This document shows positions 29,379-38,547 of a DNA stretch of 64,000 nt, one piece after another. The stretch's first letter is position 1, and each line of letters begins with the position of its first letter. The position numbers and the translations under genes were made by a program. A model generated the notes under the pieces. It had not been told where the DNA came from. It made no database searches and saw only the letters and a program-made list of their open reading frames with translations. Source of the stretch: Myxococcales bacterium (lineage in GTDB: Bacteria > Myxococcota_A > UBA9042 > JABWCM01 > BTVJ01); assembly GCA_045863395.1 (NCBI GenBank), contig BTVJ01000014.1, positions 32,001-96,000 of the forward strand, given 5' to 3'.

Positions 29379-31967
29379 GGGCTGTCGGCGCAGCACGCGC
29401 GGGAGCTCGCTGCGTCGGGGCTGCGGGGGCAGATCTTCCGGGCCCAGGAGCTGCCGGACCGCTCCGCCGACGTGGTGATCCTGGAGGTGACGAAGCTCGC
29501 GGACCGCCCCGGCGTGGAGACGGTCGCGACCAGCCAGTTCGAGGGGAGCAACCTGGTCTTCGTCGACGAGGGCCACCGGGGCAGCTCCAAGGAGGACGGC
29601 GAGTGGAGGCGGCGGCGGCAGCAGCTCGCGGCGGGCGGGTTCTGCTTCGAGTACTCCGCGACGTTCAAGCAGGCGGCGGAGAGGTCGGACGTGCTGCGCG
29701 AGGAGTACGCCCGCGCCATCCTCATGGACTACTCCTACCGGCGCTTCCACGGGGACGGCTACGGCAAGCACTGGCGCATCCTGAACCTGGAGAAGGACGA
29801 CGCCAAGGCCCGCCGCGAGTACTTCACGACGGCGCTGCTCACGCTGTTCCAGCAGACCTGGCTCCACGAGCAGCACCCGGCGCTGGTCGCGCGGCACGCC
29901 ATCGCGCGGCCGCTGTGCGTCTTCGTGGGCGGCAGCGTGGTGGGCGGCGACGAGGCGAAGGAGCAGACCGACGTGGTCAAGGTCCTCGCCTTCCTGTCGG
30001 ACTTCGTGCGGGACGCGGCGGGCTCGAGGCGCGTGCTCCGGGACCTCCTCGACGGCAAGGCGGGTTTCGTCACGAAGCAGCGCGAGGACGTCTTCAAAGG
30101 GGAGTTCCCGGCGCTCGCGGGCTGGGACGAGCAGCGGCTGTACCAGGAGATGCTGCGCCTCCTGTTCAGCGCGGCCGGCCCGGGCCCGCTGCACATCGAG
30201 GAGCTGAAGGACGCGGCCGGCGAGATCGCCCTGTCCGTGGGGGCGGCCCCGCCCTTCGGCGTGGTCAACGTGGGCGACGCGCCGGGCCTTCGCAAGAAGT
30301 GCACCGAAGACAAGGAGCACGGCCCCCACTTCGTCGTGGACGAGAAGCGCTTCAAGGGCGGCCTGTTCTACCGCATCGAAGAGCCGGGGTCCCGCCTGAC
30401 GATGCTCGTCGGCTCCCGCAAGTTCTCGGAGGGCTGGAGCAGTTGGCGCGTGAGCCTCATGGGCCTCTTGAACCTGGGCAAGAGCCCGGGCACGCAGATC
30501 GTGCAGCTCTTCGGGCGGGGGGTGCGCCTGAAGGGGCGCGGCATGTCGCTGAAGCGGGGAGATGCCAAGGGGGAGCCGGTCCTGAAGGGCGACGACGCGT
30601 GGCAGGTCCCGCGCATGGAGACCTTCTCCGTGTTCGGGGTCGAGTCGTCGTACATGAAGCTCTTCCGCGAGGAGCTGGAGAAGGCGGGCATCGAGCAGGA
30701 CCGCGACGAGCCGGACGACACCACCCGCGCGCTCCCGGTGCTCCGCACGCGCCCCCTGCCCAAGCTCTGGGTGATGCGGCCGCCGGGCCGCGAGGCGTAC
30801 CGGCAGTCCGGCGAGACGGTGACCCTGGCGGTGGACCCCTACCTGCCGGCCGTGGAGGTGGACGGCTGGGCGAGCGTCGAGGTGCACCACGACGGGCGTG
30901 GCGCCCTGGCCGTCGCCGACCCGAACCGCATCACCCACGCCGTGCCCGCCTTCGCCTTCGTCGACCACGGCGCGCTCTACGCAGACCTCGTGCGGCTCAA
31001 GAACGAGCAGGGCGCCTGGAACCTGGAGCTGCCGCGGACGGCGCACCACCCGGAGCTGGGGACGGTGCCCCTGACCCGCGCGCTGCTCGCGACGCCCGGC
31101 TGGTACGTGCTCTCCGTCGAGGAGCGGGACGTGGAGCCCACGTCGCTGCGAAACCGGGCGCTCTGGCAGCGCTACGCGAGCGAGCTGGTGCGGGGCCTGG
31201 CGCGGACCCTCTACCGGGCGCGCCTCGGCGACTGGCAGCTCCGCAACACGTCGTTCGTGGAGCTGGACGGCATGCACGACGACGAGATCGCCGCCCTGAT
31301 CCCGGACGCCTGGATCGTGACCGTGGAGCCCGGGACCGACTGGACGGCGAAGATCCTGGCGCTCCTCGACACCATCGGGCAGCGCCTGGGGCGGGGCGAG
31401 CGCGTGGAGCAGGGCCAGCCGGGCGTCTTCGAGGTCACGTCGCCGGACATGCACCTCTACCACCCGCTGGTGGGCGCGACGGACCCGAAGAAGGCGATCA
31501 TCCAGGTCAGGACCGAGCCGGTGGCGCTCAACGAGGGCGAGCTGGGCTTCGTCCGGGACCTGGCGAAGTACCTCGCCACCCGTCCGCGCCTGCTGGAGGG
31601 CGCGCGGGTCCACCTTCTCCGCAACCCGGCGAAGAAGGGCATCGGCTTCGAGGGCTTCTACCCGGACTTCATCGTCTGGGTGGTCCGCGGCGCCGAGCAG
31701 TGGGTGATCCTCGTGGACCCGAAGGGCCTGTCGAGGCTGGGCGCCGCGGACTCGAAGCTCCACGCCTGGAAGAAGCTGAAGGAGCTGGAGGCGCGCCACC
31801 CGGGCATCCACCTGGACTCGTGGATCGTCTCAGTCACCCCCCAGGGAGCCTTGAGCTGGGGCGTCACGGACTACACGGAGATGCACGTCCTCTTCCGGGC
31901 GGACCCGGGCTACGTGGCGACCCTGTTCGAGCGGGCCCTGGCGGGGGAGACGGTCGCTGGCCCCTGA
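29379..31967 (+). pseudogene. Type III restriction Res-like DEAD/DEAH helicase-nuclease, 5'-truncated
   Basis: VFVDEGHRG, EYSATF, GSRKFSEGW, QLFGRGVRL and FYPDFIVW...VDPKG. No Walker A motif; homology appears to begin abruptly at GLSAQH (29379). Confidence 0.78.
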
Positions 31968-31988
31968 GGCGCTCACGTGACCCATGGC

Positions 31989-32396
31989 TCACCCCCCGAC
32001 GCCCGCCCTCCGCCGCAGCTCCTGCATGAACCCGTCGCGGTCCTGCGGCGACACGAGCACGAAGGTCCCCTTGCCGTTCGGCTTGTCGTAGTCGATGCGG
32101 ACGCGCCGCAGCGAGAGGGCGGGGGAGCTGAGCGGGTTGCTCGACGGCTCCACCGCGCGGATGCGGTCGTAGGGGACCCGGACCCGCGCGGGGCCGAAGC
32201 GGATGACGAGGGCATCGTGGGTCAGGGTGAGGAAGGCGGCGATGGCGGTCTGCCCCTCGTGCCAGCCGAAGAAGGGGTCGAAGTGCCGGGCGTCCTCGGC
32301 GAACAGCGCCCCGAGCCCCTCCCTGTCGCAGGCCTCGTGGAGCTGGCGGTGGCGGGCGCAGGCAGCCGCGGTGGAGTCTCGGTCGAGGCGGTTCAC
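31989..32396 (-). pseudogene. Chimeric ORF: SnoaL/NTF2-like N-terminus fused to a bacterial PH (bPH_5-like) C-terminus
   Basis: DREGLGALFAEDARHFDPFFGWHEGQTAIAAF (SnoaL-like) followed by LVIRFGPARVRVPYDRIRAVEPSSNPLSSPALSLRRVRIDY...VLVSP (bPH). Confidence 0.55.
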
Positions 32397-32512
32397 GGCT
32401 GGCGTCCCATGGACTTGATGGCGCCGACGCTACGAGAGCCCCGCCGGGAAGTCGACCGCCCTGGAGACCGACCCAAGCCAATCGAGCCGCCCTGTTCGGG
32501 CTCCGCGCCCGG

Positions 32513-34327
32513 TCAGCAGTCCGCGGGGCAGTTGGTCTTGGTCTCCGGGCCGCCGCAGAAGCCGTCGCCGCAGCAGGGGAGGCCCACCGGGACCTGGCCG
32601 CACATCGCGATGCCGCTCGGGCCCCCGGCTCCGCCGCACTGGTTGGCGCCGGGCCCGGGGATGTAGGTGGCCGGCGTGACGGCGCCGGCGGTCACCCCTC
32701 CGCGGACGGGCCGGACCAGGTTGTAGATGCGGATCACGTCGCCCTGCGGGCCCTCGCCGTAGGGGTAGCTCGCCGGATCTCCCGCCTTCGGGTCGCTCCG
32801 CTGGGCGCCCGCGCCGTGTACGTCGACGAGCTGCACCTTGCCGAAGGGGTCCTGCATGAAGCCCTTGGCCTCCCCGAACGCCACGTACACCGCCTTGGAG
32901 CCGCCGCCGGCCGCGTCCACGTGGGTCGTGCCGGTCCAGTAGTAGCCCCACGTGGACGCGCCGCCCTCGTCGAGGATCGGGGTCGCCTGGAAGACCGGGT
33001 CGAGGGCCGGCGAGCTGCTCGACGCGGGGGAGCGGCCGTAGTCGACGATGCTCTGGAGCTCCTTCGCCGTGGGAAGCCGCCAGTCGTCGTGTCCGGCAAA
33101 CTCGAGGGACTCCGCCCACTGCAAGGCCTCCTTCCAGTCCAGCCCCGCTGCGCCGAAGGCCCCGCTGTCCTCCTGGAGCCACGTGAGCCCCGTTGCCTGG
33201 TCCGTGACGGTGCCGTCCCCGTTGTCGACGAAGGCGTTGTCCCCGTAGGCCGCCCCCCGCACGTACCGGGCGAAGAGGGTCATGGTCTTGCCGCCGACCA
33301 TGCCGGTCGGATAGCCCTTGATGCGGCCGTCGGCGAAGTTGACCCCGAACGCGAGGGTGCCGAGCTCCGACGAGCCTACATACACCGTGCTGCTCGCATA
33401 CTGTGCGTCGATGACGCGGTCTCCCGTGGTCGTGTCCCCGTAGGCGAAGTCCAGCACCGTGTTGTCGAGGAACGGCTGGATGTTGGGGCACATGGCCAGC
33501 GTCTCGCAGCAGGACGGCTCGATGCCGTCGAAGCGGATGAGCGAGTACAGCTCCTTGATGGTGGGCAGCCGCCAGTCGGAGTGTCCCGCGAGGGTCAGGG
33601 ACGCGGCCCCCGCCTGCGCCTGGGCGTAGGTCACCTTCGGTCCCGGGCTCTTCTGCCACATCAGGCCCGTGACGCCGTCCGTGACGGTGCCGTCGCCGTT
33701 GTCGGTGAGGCTCGGCTGGGCGCCCTGGTACCAGGCGTCCTGGCCGCCCCAGGCGCTGCCCGGCGTCGCGCAGGGGATCTCCGCGCTGGCGTCGAAGCAG
33801 CGGTCCTGCGCCGTGTCGACCACCGGCGAGCTGGGTCCAGCCCCACCCCCCTCGCAGGCCGCCATGGGGAGCCGGTCGCTCGGCAGGCAGCCGTCGAGGC
33901 TGGTCAGTCCCGCCCCGGCAGGGGTCCCGCAGCACACGGTGGAGGCGCACCGGCTGGCGGCGTAGGCGCTCCCCGCGCACGCGTCTGCGTCCGTCACGGA
34001 GAACCCGGCCGCCGTCTGGCAGCACACCAGCGACGTCGCCACGCAGCACAGCGCCGCCGCCTTGGCGAAGCGGCCGTTCGAGCACCGGGCGGCGACCGTG
34101 ACGGACGTCACGTCGCCCGACCCGCAGGCGTGGGCCGCGACCGCCGCCCAGGAGGCCTTGGAGCGGCAGAGCCCGTCCTCCAGCGCCAGGGTGGTGCAGT
34201 CCTGGATGGCGCGGGCCGGAGACTGCATGGACAACACCCCCGCGGCGACCAGCGCTGCTGGGGCCACGGATCGAGAGCGGCGCGCAGGGGGCGCGGCGCG
34301 TTGGACATCGAGGGATCGCGTCGTCAT
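32513..34327 (-). CDS. Secreted Lcl/DUF1566 two-domain protein with Cys-rich termini
   Basis: Two DNGDGTVTD..TGL.W...DWRLPT.KEL.S domains; signal-like N-terminus; GAGG RBS. Confidence 0.85.
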   Translation of the reverse strand: MTTRSLDVQRAAPPARRSRSVAPAALVAAGVLSMQSPARAIQDCTTLALEDGLCRSKASWAAVAAHACGSGDVTSVTVAARCSNGRFAKAAALCCVATSLVCCQTAAGFSVTDADACAGSAYAASRCASTVCCGTPAGAGLTSLDGCLPSDRLPMAACEGGGAGPSSPVVDTAQDRCFDASAEIPCATPGSAWGGQDAWYQGAQPSLTDNGDGTVTDGVTGLMWQKSPGPKVTYAQAQAGAASLTLAGHSDWRLPTIKELYSLIRFDGIEPSCCETLAMCPNIQPFLDNTVLDFAYGDTTTGDRVIDAQYASSTVYVGSSELGTLAFGVNFADGRIKGYPTGMVGGKTMTLFARYVRGAAYGDNAFVDNGDGTVTDQATGLTWLQEDSGAFGAAGLDWKEALQWAESLEFAGHDDWRLPTAKELQSIVDYGRSPASSSSPALDPVFQATPILDEGGASTWGYYWTGTTHVDAAGGGSKAVYVAFGEAKGFMQDPFGKVQLVDVHGAGAQRSDPKAGDPASYPYGEGPQGDVIRIYNLVRPVRGGVTAGAVTPATYIPGPGANQCGGAGGPSGIAMCGQVPVGLPCCGDGFCGGPETKTNCPADC

Positions 34328-34381
34328 GGTGCAACCTCGCGTGAGTTCACGGGGGCGGCGTTGCCCCGGGCTGCGCCAATC

Positions 34382-34396
34382 GCAATGGCCGTGCCA
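34382..34396 (-). promoter_or_regulatory. Sigma54 (-24/-12) promoter for the Lcl gene
   Basis: Minus strand reads TGGCACG-GCCA-TTGC, a consensus match, 55 nt upstream of ATG 34327. Confidence 0.75.
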
Positions 34397-34549
34397 TGTG
34401 CGCAACTTCATGGAACCACGACGACCTGCCCCCGGGTCGCCCGTCCGGCCTCGGGCCCCGCCTGCACGACTCGCGGACGAGGCTGCGAGATGTGCAGGTC
34501 GATTACCGGCCGCCGCTGTGGGTGACACCACCGCTCCTGCGGTGCTACC

Positions 34550-34754
34550 GAGCAGGGGGTCAGGAGCAGGGGGTCAAACCTACTCAGTTCTCATATTCTC
34601 GGCGAGGGCAGGGGGAGGGGAGGGGGTCGGGCAGTAGCAGAGCAGGGGGTCAAACCTACTCAGTTCTCATATTCTTGGCGAGGGCAGGGGGAGGGGAGGG
34701 GGCGGGCAGAGGGCAGGGGGGCAGGCACGGGGCCAGACCTGCTCAGTTCTCATA
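34550..34754. repeat. About 70-bp G-rich direct repeats with a GGGGTCAAACCTACTCAGTTCTCATA core
   Basis: Near-identical copies at about 34564-34633 and 34640-34708; partial copies at 34550 and 34729-34754. Confidence 0.9.
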
Positions 34755-34782
34755 GTGGTCCCGCAGGGGCGCTCGGGAGCGC

Positions 34783-35664
34783 CTACTGCGCCGGCACCGG
34801 CCCGTCGGCGGTCCAGCGGTAGAAGCCCTCGCCGGTCTTGCGGCCGAGCTTCCCTGCGCGGACGAGCCTGCGGAGGATCTGCGGCGGGCGGAACTGCTCG
34901 CCGAGCTCCCGGTGGAGGTGCTCGGCGATGGCGAGGCGGACGTCGAGGCCCACCAGGTCCGTGAGCTTGAGGGGGCCCATGGGGTGGCGGTAGCCGAGCT
35001 CCATGGCGCGGTCGATGTCCGCGGCGTTGGCGACGCCCTCCTGGAGCATGCGCATGGCCTCGAGCCCGATGACGAGGCCGAGGCGGCTGGTCGCGAAGCC
35101 CGGCGAGTCGCTGACCACGATGAGCTCGCGCCCCATGCGCTCGCCCACGCCGCGGACCGCCTCCACCACCTCGGGGGTCGTCTGCTGCGCGCGGACGATC
35201 TCGAGGAGCTTGAGCACATGGGGCGGGTTGAAGAAGTGCATGCCGACGACCCGCTCGGGGCGCGACGCCGACGAGGCGATCTCCGTCACGCTGAGCGACG
35301 ACGTGTTGGTGGCGAGGATGGCCCCGTCCGGCGCCCTCTGACCCAGCTCCTGGAAGAGCCGGATCTTCAGATCGATACGCTCGGGTACGGCCTCGATGAC
35401 CAGGTCCGCCTCGGCGACGGCCTCCAGCAGATCCGTCGTGCTGCGCAGTCGCGCCATGGCCTCGGTCCGTGCCTCGTGGCTGAGCTTGCCCTTGTCGACG
35501 CTCGTCGCCGTCGTCTCCCGGATGTGCCCGACGCCCCGGTCCAGCGCGGCCCGGTCGAGGTCCTGGAGGGTCACCTCGTAGCCGGACAGCGCCGCCACCT
35601 GCGCGATACCGTGGCCCATGGTCCCTGCGCCGAGGACCGCCACCTTCTGGATCGTGTACGTCAT
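34783..35664 (-). CDS. 3-hydroxyacyl(butyryl)-CoA dehydrogenase
   Basis: GAGTMGHGIA, IEAVPE, ATNTSS, GMHFFNP, HPMGP and GRKTGEGFY. Confidence 0.94.
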   Translation of the reverse strand: MTYTIQKVAVLGAGTMGHGIAQVAALSGYEVTLQDLDRAALDRGVGHIRETTATSVDKGKLSHEARTEAMARLRSTTDLLEAVAEADLVIEAVPERIDLKIRLFQELGQRAPDGAILATNTSSLSVTEIASSASRPERVVGMHFFNPPHVLKLLEIVRAQQTTPEVVEAVRGVGERMGRELIVVSDSPGFATSRLGLVIGLEAMRMLQEGVANAADIDRAMELGYRHPMGPLKLTDLVGLDVRLAIAEHLHRELGEQFRPPQILRRLVRAGKLGRKTGEGFYRWTADGPVPAQ

Positions 35665-36452
35665 TCGCTCGTCTCCGGGCCGGCCTTGCGGGCGCGGCGC
35701 TCCAGGAAGGCCGTCATGCGGCGTTGCTTGTCGTCGTCCTCGAACAGGACCGCCTGGGAGGCGACCTCGAGGGCCATGCCGGCGTCCGAGCCGACCTCGG
35801 GCGTCACGTTCATCACGAGCTTGGCGAAGCGCACCGCCATGGCGCTGTTTCGCCCGATCTCGCGCGCGATCTCGTGGGCGACGTCGAGGACCACCTCGTC
35901 GTCCACCACACGGTTGACGAGCCCCATCGACAGGGCCTCGTCAGCGCCGATGATGCGGCCCGTGAAGATCAGCTCCTTGGCGCGGCCGGGCCCTATCAGA
36001 CGCGGCAGCCGGTACATGGCACCCGCGCCGGGCACGATGCCCAGGCCCACCTCGGGCTGACCGAGCCGCGCCGAGCGGCCAGCGACGCGCAGATCGCAGG
36101 CGAGGGCGAGCTCGCAGCCGCCGCCGAGGGCGAAGCCGCGGATGGCGGCGATGGTCGGCACGGGGAGCTGCTCCACCTCGCGGAAGAGGCCCGTGTTGAT
36201 GCGCCGCAGGGCGTCGAGCTTCGTGCGGTCGCGCAGCTCTGCGATGTCCGCCCCGCCGAGGAAGGCCCGGTCGCCCGCCCCCGTCAGGACGACTGCGCGC
36301 AGATCGTCCCGCTCCGCCAGGACGCGCACCGCCGCCCGCGCCTCCTCCACCATCTGGCGGTTCAGGGCGTTGCGCACCTCGGGGCGGTGGAACGTGAGCT
36401 CCGCGATGCCGAGGTCGTCGATGCTCAGGCGAATGGTCTGCCACGTCTCCAC
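35661..36452 (-). CDS. Enoyl-CoA hydratase/crotonase
   Basis: RPEVRNALN, AFLGGADI, GFALGGGCELALACD and GQPEVGLGIVPGAG; GTG start overlaps the upstream TAG. Confidence 0.93.
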   Translation of the reverse strand: METWQTIRLSIDDLGIAELTFHRPEVRNALNRQMVEEARAAVRVLAERDDLRAVVLTGAGDRAFLGGADIAELRDRTKLDALRRINTGLFREVEQLPVPTIAAIRGFALGGGCELALACDLRVAGRSARLGQPEVGLGIVPGAGAMYRLPRLIGPGRAKELIFTGRIIGADEALSMGLVNRVVDDEVVLDVAHEIAREIGRNSAMAVRFAKLVMNVTPEVGSDAGMALEVASQAVLFEDDDKQRRMTAFLERRARKAGPETSE

Positions 36453-37489
36453 TATGCACCCTCCGTCACGAGGACCACCTTGCCGAACACCTCCCGCGCC
36501 TCCAGCAGGCGGTGGGCCTCTGCGGCATCGGCCAGCGGCAGGACCCGGTCGATGATCGGCCGGAGCCGACCCGCCGCGAGGTGCCCCAAGACCTCGACGA
36601 GCTCCCCCTTGCTGCCCATGGTGGAGCCCAGGATGCTCAAGGACTTGAAGAACACCTGCCGCAGGTTGAGGCCGACGTCGGCCCCCGTGGTCGCGCCGCA
36701 GGTGACCAGGCGGCCGTGCCACGCCAGGGAGCGCACGCTCCCCGCCCAGGTGGCGGCGCCCACGTGCTCGACCACCACGTCCACGCCCCGCCTGCCCGTC
36801 AGGTCGCGGACGGCGGCAGCGAAGTCCTGGCGCCCCGTGTCGAGCACGTGATCGGCCCCCAGCTCGGCGGCCCGCTGGCACTTCGCGGCGCTGCTCGCGG
36901 TGGTGATCACGGTGGCCCCCCACAGCTTCGCGATCTGGATGGCCGCGCTCCCGACCCCGCTGCCCGCCGCGTGGACCAGGACGGTCTCCCCGGGGCGGAT
37001 GGCCGCGCGCGAGACGAGCATGTGCCACGCCGTCAGGAAGGTGATGGGGACGGCGGCGGCCTGCTCGAACGTCAGCGCCGCCGGGAGAGCCAGGACGTTC
37101 TGGCGCGGCACCACGATGAAGTCGGCGGCGCCCCCGTCCCGGTGCTCTCCGAGGAGGCCGTAGGTCCGGCACTGGTTGTCGCGCCCCGAGAGGCAGGCGG
37201 CGCACGAGCCGCAGCTCACGCCCGGGGCCAGGACGACCCGGTCACCGGCGGAGAGGCCCGCCGCCCCAGCCCCGACGGCGTCCACGATCCCGGCCACGTC
37301 GCTCCCCAGGATCAGCGGCAGCGGAAAGGTGTGGCCGGGCACGCCGCGGCGCACCCAGGTGTCCAGGTGGTTCGCGCCGACCGCGCGGACGGCGACGCGC
37401 ACCTCGCCGGGACCTGGCTCCGGCGTCGGGATGTCTTCGCAGCTCAGGGCGTCGAGCCCACCGTGCGCTCGCACGAGCACTGCCTTCAT
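36452..37489 (-). CDS. Zinc-binding dehydrogenase / quinone oxidoreductase (MDR family)
   Basis: NHLD, LGSDVAG, CGSCAACLSGRDNQC, AAGSGVG and GSTMG; AAGGAGG RBS; TACAAT upstream. Confidence 0.92.
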   Translation of the reverse strand: MKAVLVRAHGGLDALSCEDIPTPEPGPGEVRVAVRAVGANHLDTWVRRGVPGHTFPLPLILGSDVAGIVDAVGAGAAGLSAGDRVVLAPGVSCGSCAACLSGRDNQCRTYGLLGEHRDGGAADFIVVPRQNVLALPAALTFEQAAAVPITFLTAWHMLVSRAAIRPGETVLVHAAGSGVGSAAIQIAKLWGATVITTASSAAKCQRAAELGADHVLDTGRQDFAAAVRDLTGRRGVDVVVEHVGAATWAGSVRSLAWHGRLVTCGATTGADVGLNLRQVFFKSLSILGSTMGSKGELVEVLGHLAAGRLRPIIDRVLPLADAAEAHRLLEAREVFGKVVLVTEGA

Positions 37490-37611
37490 GGGCGTCCTCC
37501 TTGGCGGAGCCGGGGCCGGATTGTAGCGAGGCGGGCGCCAGCGCGCCACCGTCGCGGACTTGTGTCGATGCCCCCCTTCCGGTGGAAGGCGACAGGTGCT
37601 ATGGTGAGATC

Positions 37612-37808
37612 ACATGCGGCACCCTGCAGGGTGCGAGAAGGGCGCAAAAAGCTTGAGTCCCTGACAATTAGAACGGAGTCTGTCCCTGGCCGTGGTGTGC
37701 ATGCCCGCCTTCGTAGCGGGAAGCCTGAAGCGGCCGACGCAATGGGCCCCACCTACACAGGTGTTGGGGTTCAGCGGAGCGCCTGGACCGGCCCACGTGG
37801 GACCGCAT
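37612..37808 (+). ncRNA. ssrS: Probable 6S RNA
   Basis: Intergenic; CCCTGC...CTTGA...GTGCATGCCCGC-CTTCGTA-GCGGGAAGCCTGAA...CCCACCT...GGTTCA matches remembered 6S conserved blocks. TGcTATGGT extended -10 at about 37597-37605 and a terminator downstream. Confidence 0.7.
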
Positions 37809-37809
37809 G

Positions 37810-37843
37810 GCCGCTGCGTCACCGACGCAGCGGCTTTTTTTTT
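37810..37843 (+). terminator. Intrinsic terminator
   Basis: GCCGCTGCGTC-ACC-GACGCAGCGGC perfect 11-bp stem followed by T9. Confidence 0.92.
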
Positions 37844-38211
37844 CAGTTGAGCACCCGCCCGACGATCTTCACCAGCTCGCGGGGGGCGGTGAAGGTGCGC
37901 AGCAGCGTCTCGGTGCGGGCCCTCTGCTCCATGACCTTCGGGCCCCACTTCTCGGCGTGCCGGGTCTTCTCCTCCTGCGACAGGCCGGCGAGCACCTCGT
38001 TGCCCTTGCGACGGAAGGTGTCGATCTGCTCCCTGTTGCGGATCTCGTAGTCGGTCAGGGCTTTGAGGGCGGCCTCGTCGTTGCCCTTGTTCTGGTCGAG
38101 GAGGGCGTTGACCTCCATGATCCGGTCGAGGCCGGCCTCGGCGACCCGGTCGGCCTCGGTGCTGCATGCGACCAGGAGGATCATCAGGGCGAGGAGTGTG
38201 CGTCGGGTCAT
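37843..38211 (-). CDS. Hypothetical lipoprotein
   Basis: MTRRTLLALMILLVAC lipobox; GGAG RBS. Confidence 0.75.
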   Translation of the reverse strand: MTRRTLLALMILLVACSTEADRVAEAGLDRIMEVNALLDQNKGNDEAALKALTDYEIRNREQIDTFRRKGNEVLAGLSQEEKTRHAEKWGPKVMEQRARTETLLRTFTAPRELVKIVGRVLN

Positions 38212-38222
38212 CTCATGCTCCA

Positions 38223-38262
38223 GAAACAGAAAACGCCGCCCACGGGTGCGGGCGGCGTCTTC
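38223..38262 (-). terminator. Hairpin / terminator downstream of the tRNA
   Basis: GAAGACGCCGCCC...GGGCGGCGTTTTC followed by TGTTTCT on the minus strand. Confidence 0.65.
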
Positions 38263-38276
38263 GGTGTCCGGCGTCG

Positions 38277-38362
<86 letters not shown>

Positions 38363-38399
38363 ATCGGCCAACGGCACGCCGCTCGACCGAACGGCGCAG

Positions 38400-38510
38400 T
38401 TTGTATGCCACGCCGCGCGGGATGTCAACAGCAAATGCGCTCGCGCCGGCGCCTCTGCGGACATCGTCGGCACCCGCGCTTTGACAGCCCGCGCGCTGGC
38501 GCCGTAGGAT
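38400..38510. promoter_or_regulatory. Back-to-back sigma70-type promoters (tRNA and glycosyltransferase operon)
   Basis: Minus strand: TTGACA (38428-38423)-17 bp-TACAAA. Plus strand: TTGACA (38481)-18 bp-TAGGAT (38505). Confidence 0.7.
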
Positions 38511-38547
38511 GCGCAGCCCCTGGACGTTCCATGCGGAGGCTCAGCAG

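Noticed and set aside
32513..34327. DGR target (Lcl/C-type-lectin fold)
   Set aside because: No reverse transcriptase and no adenine-variant template repeat were seen; the two domains differ at all base types.
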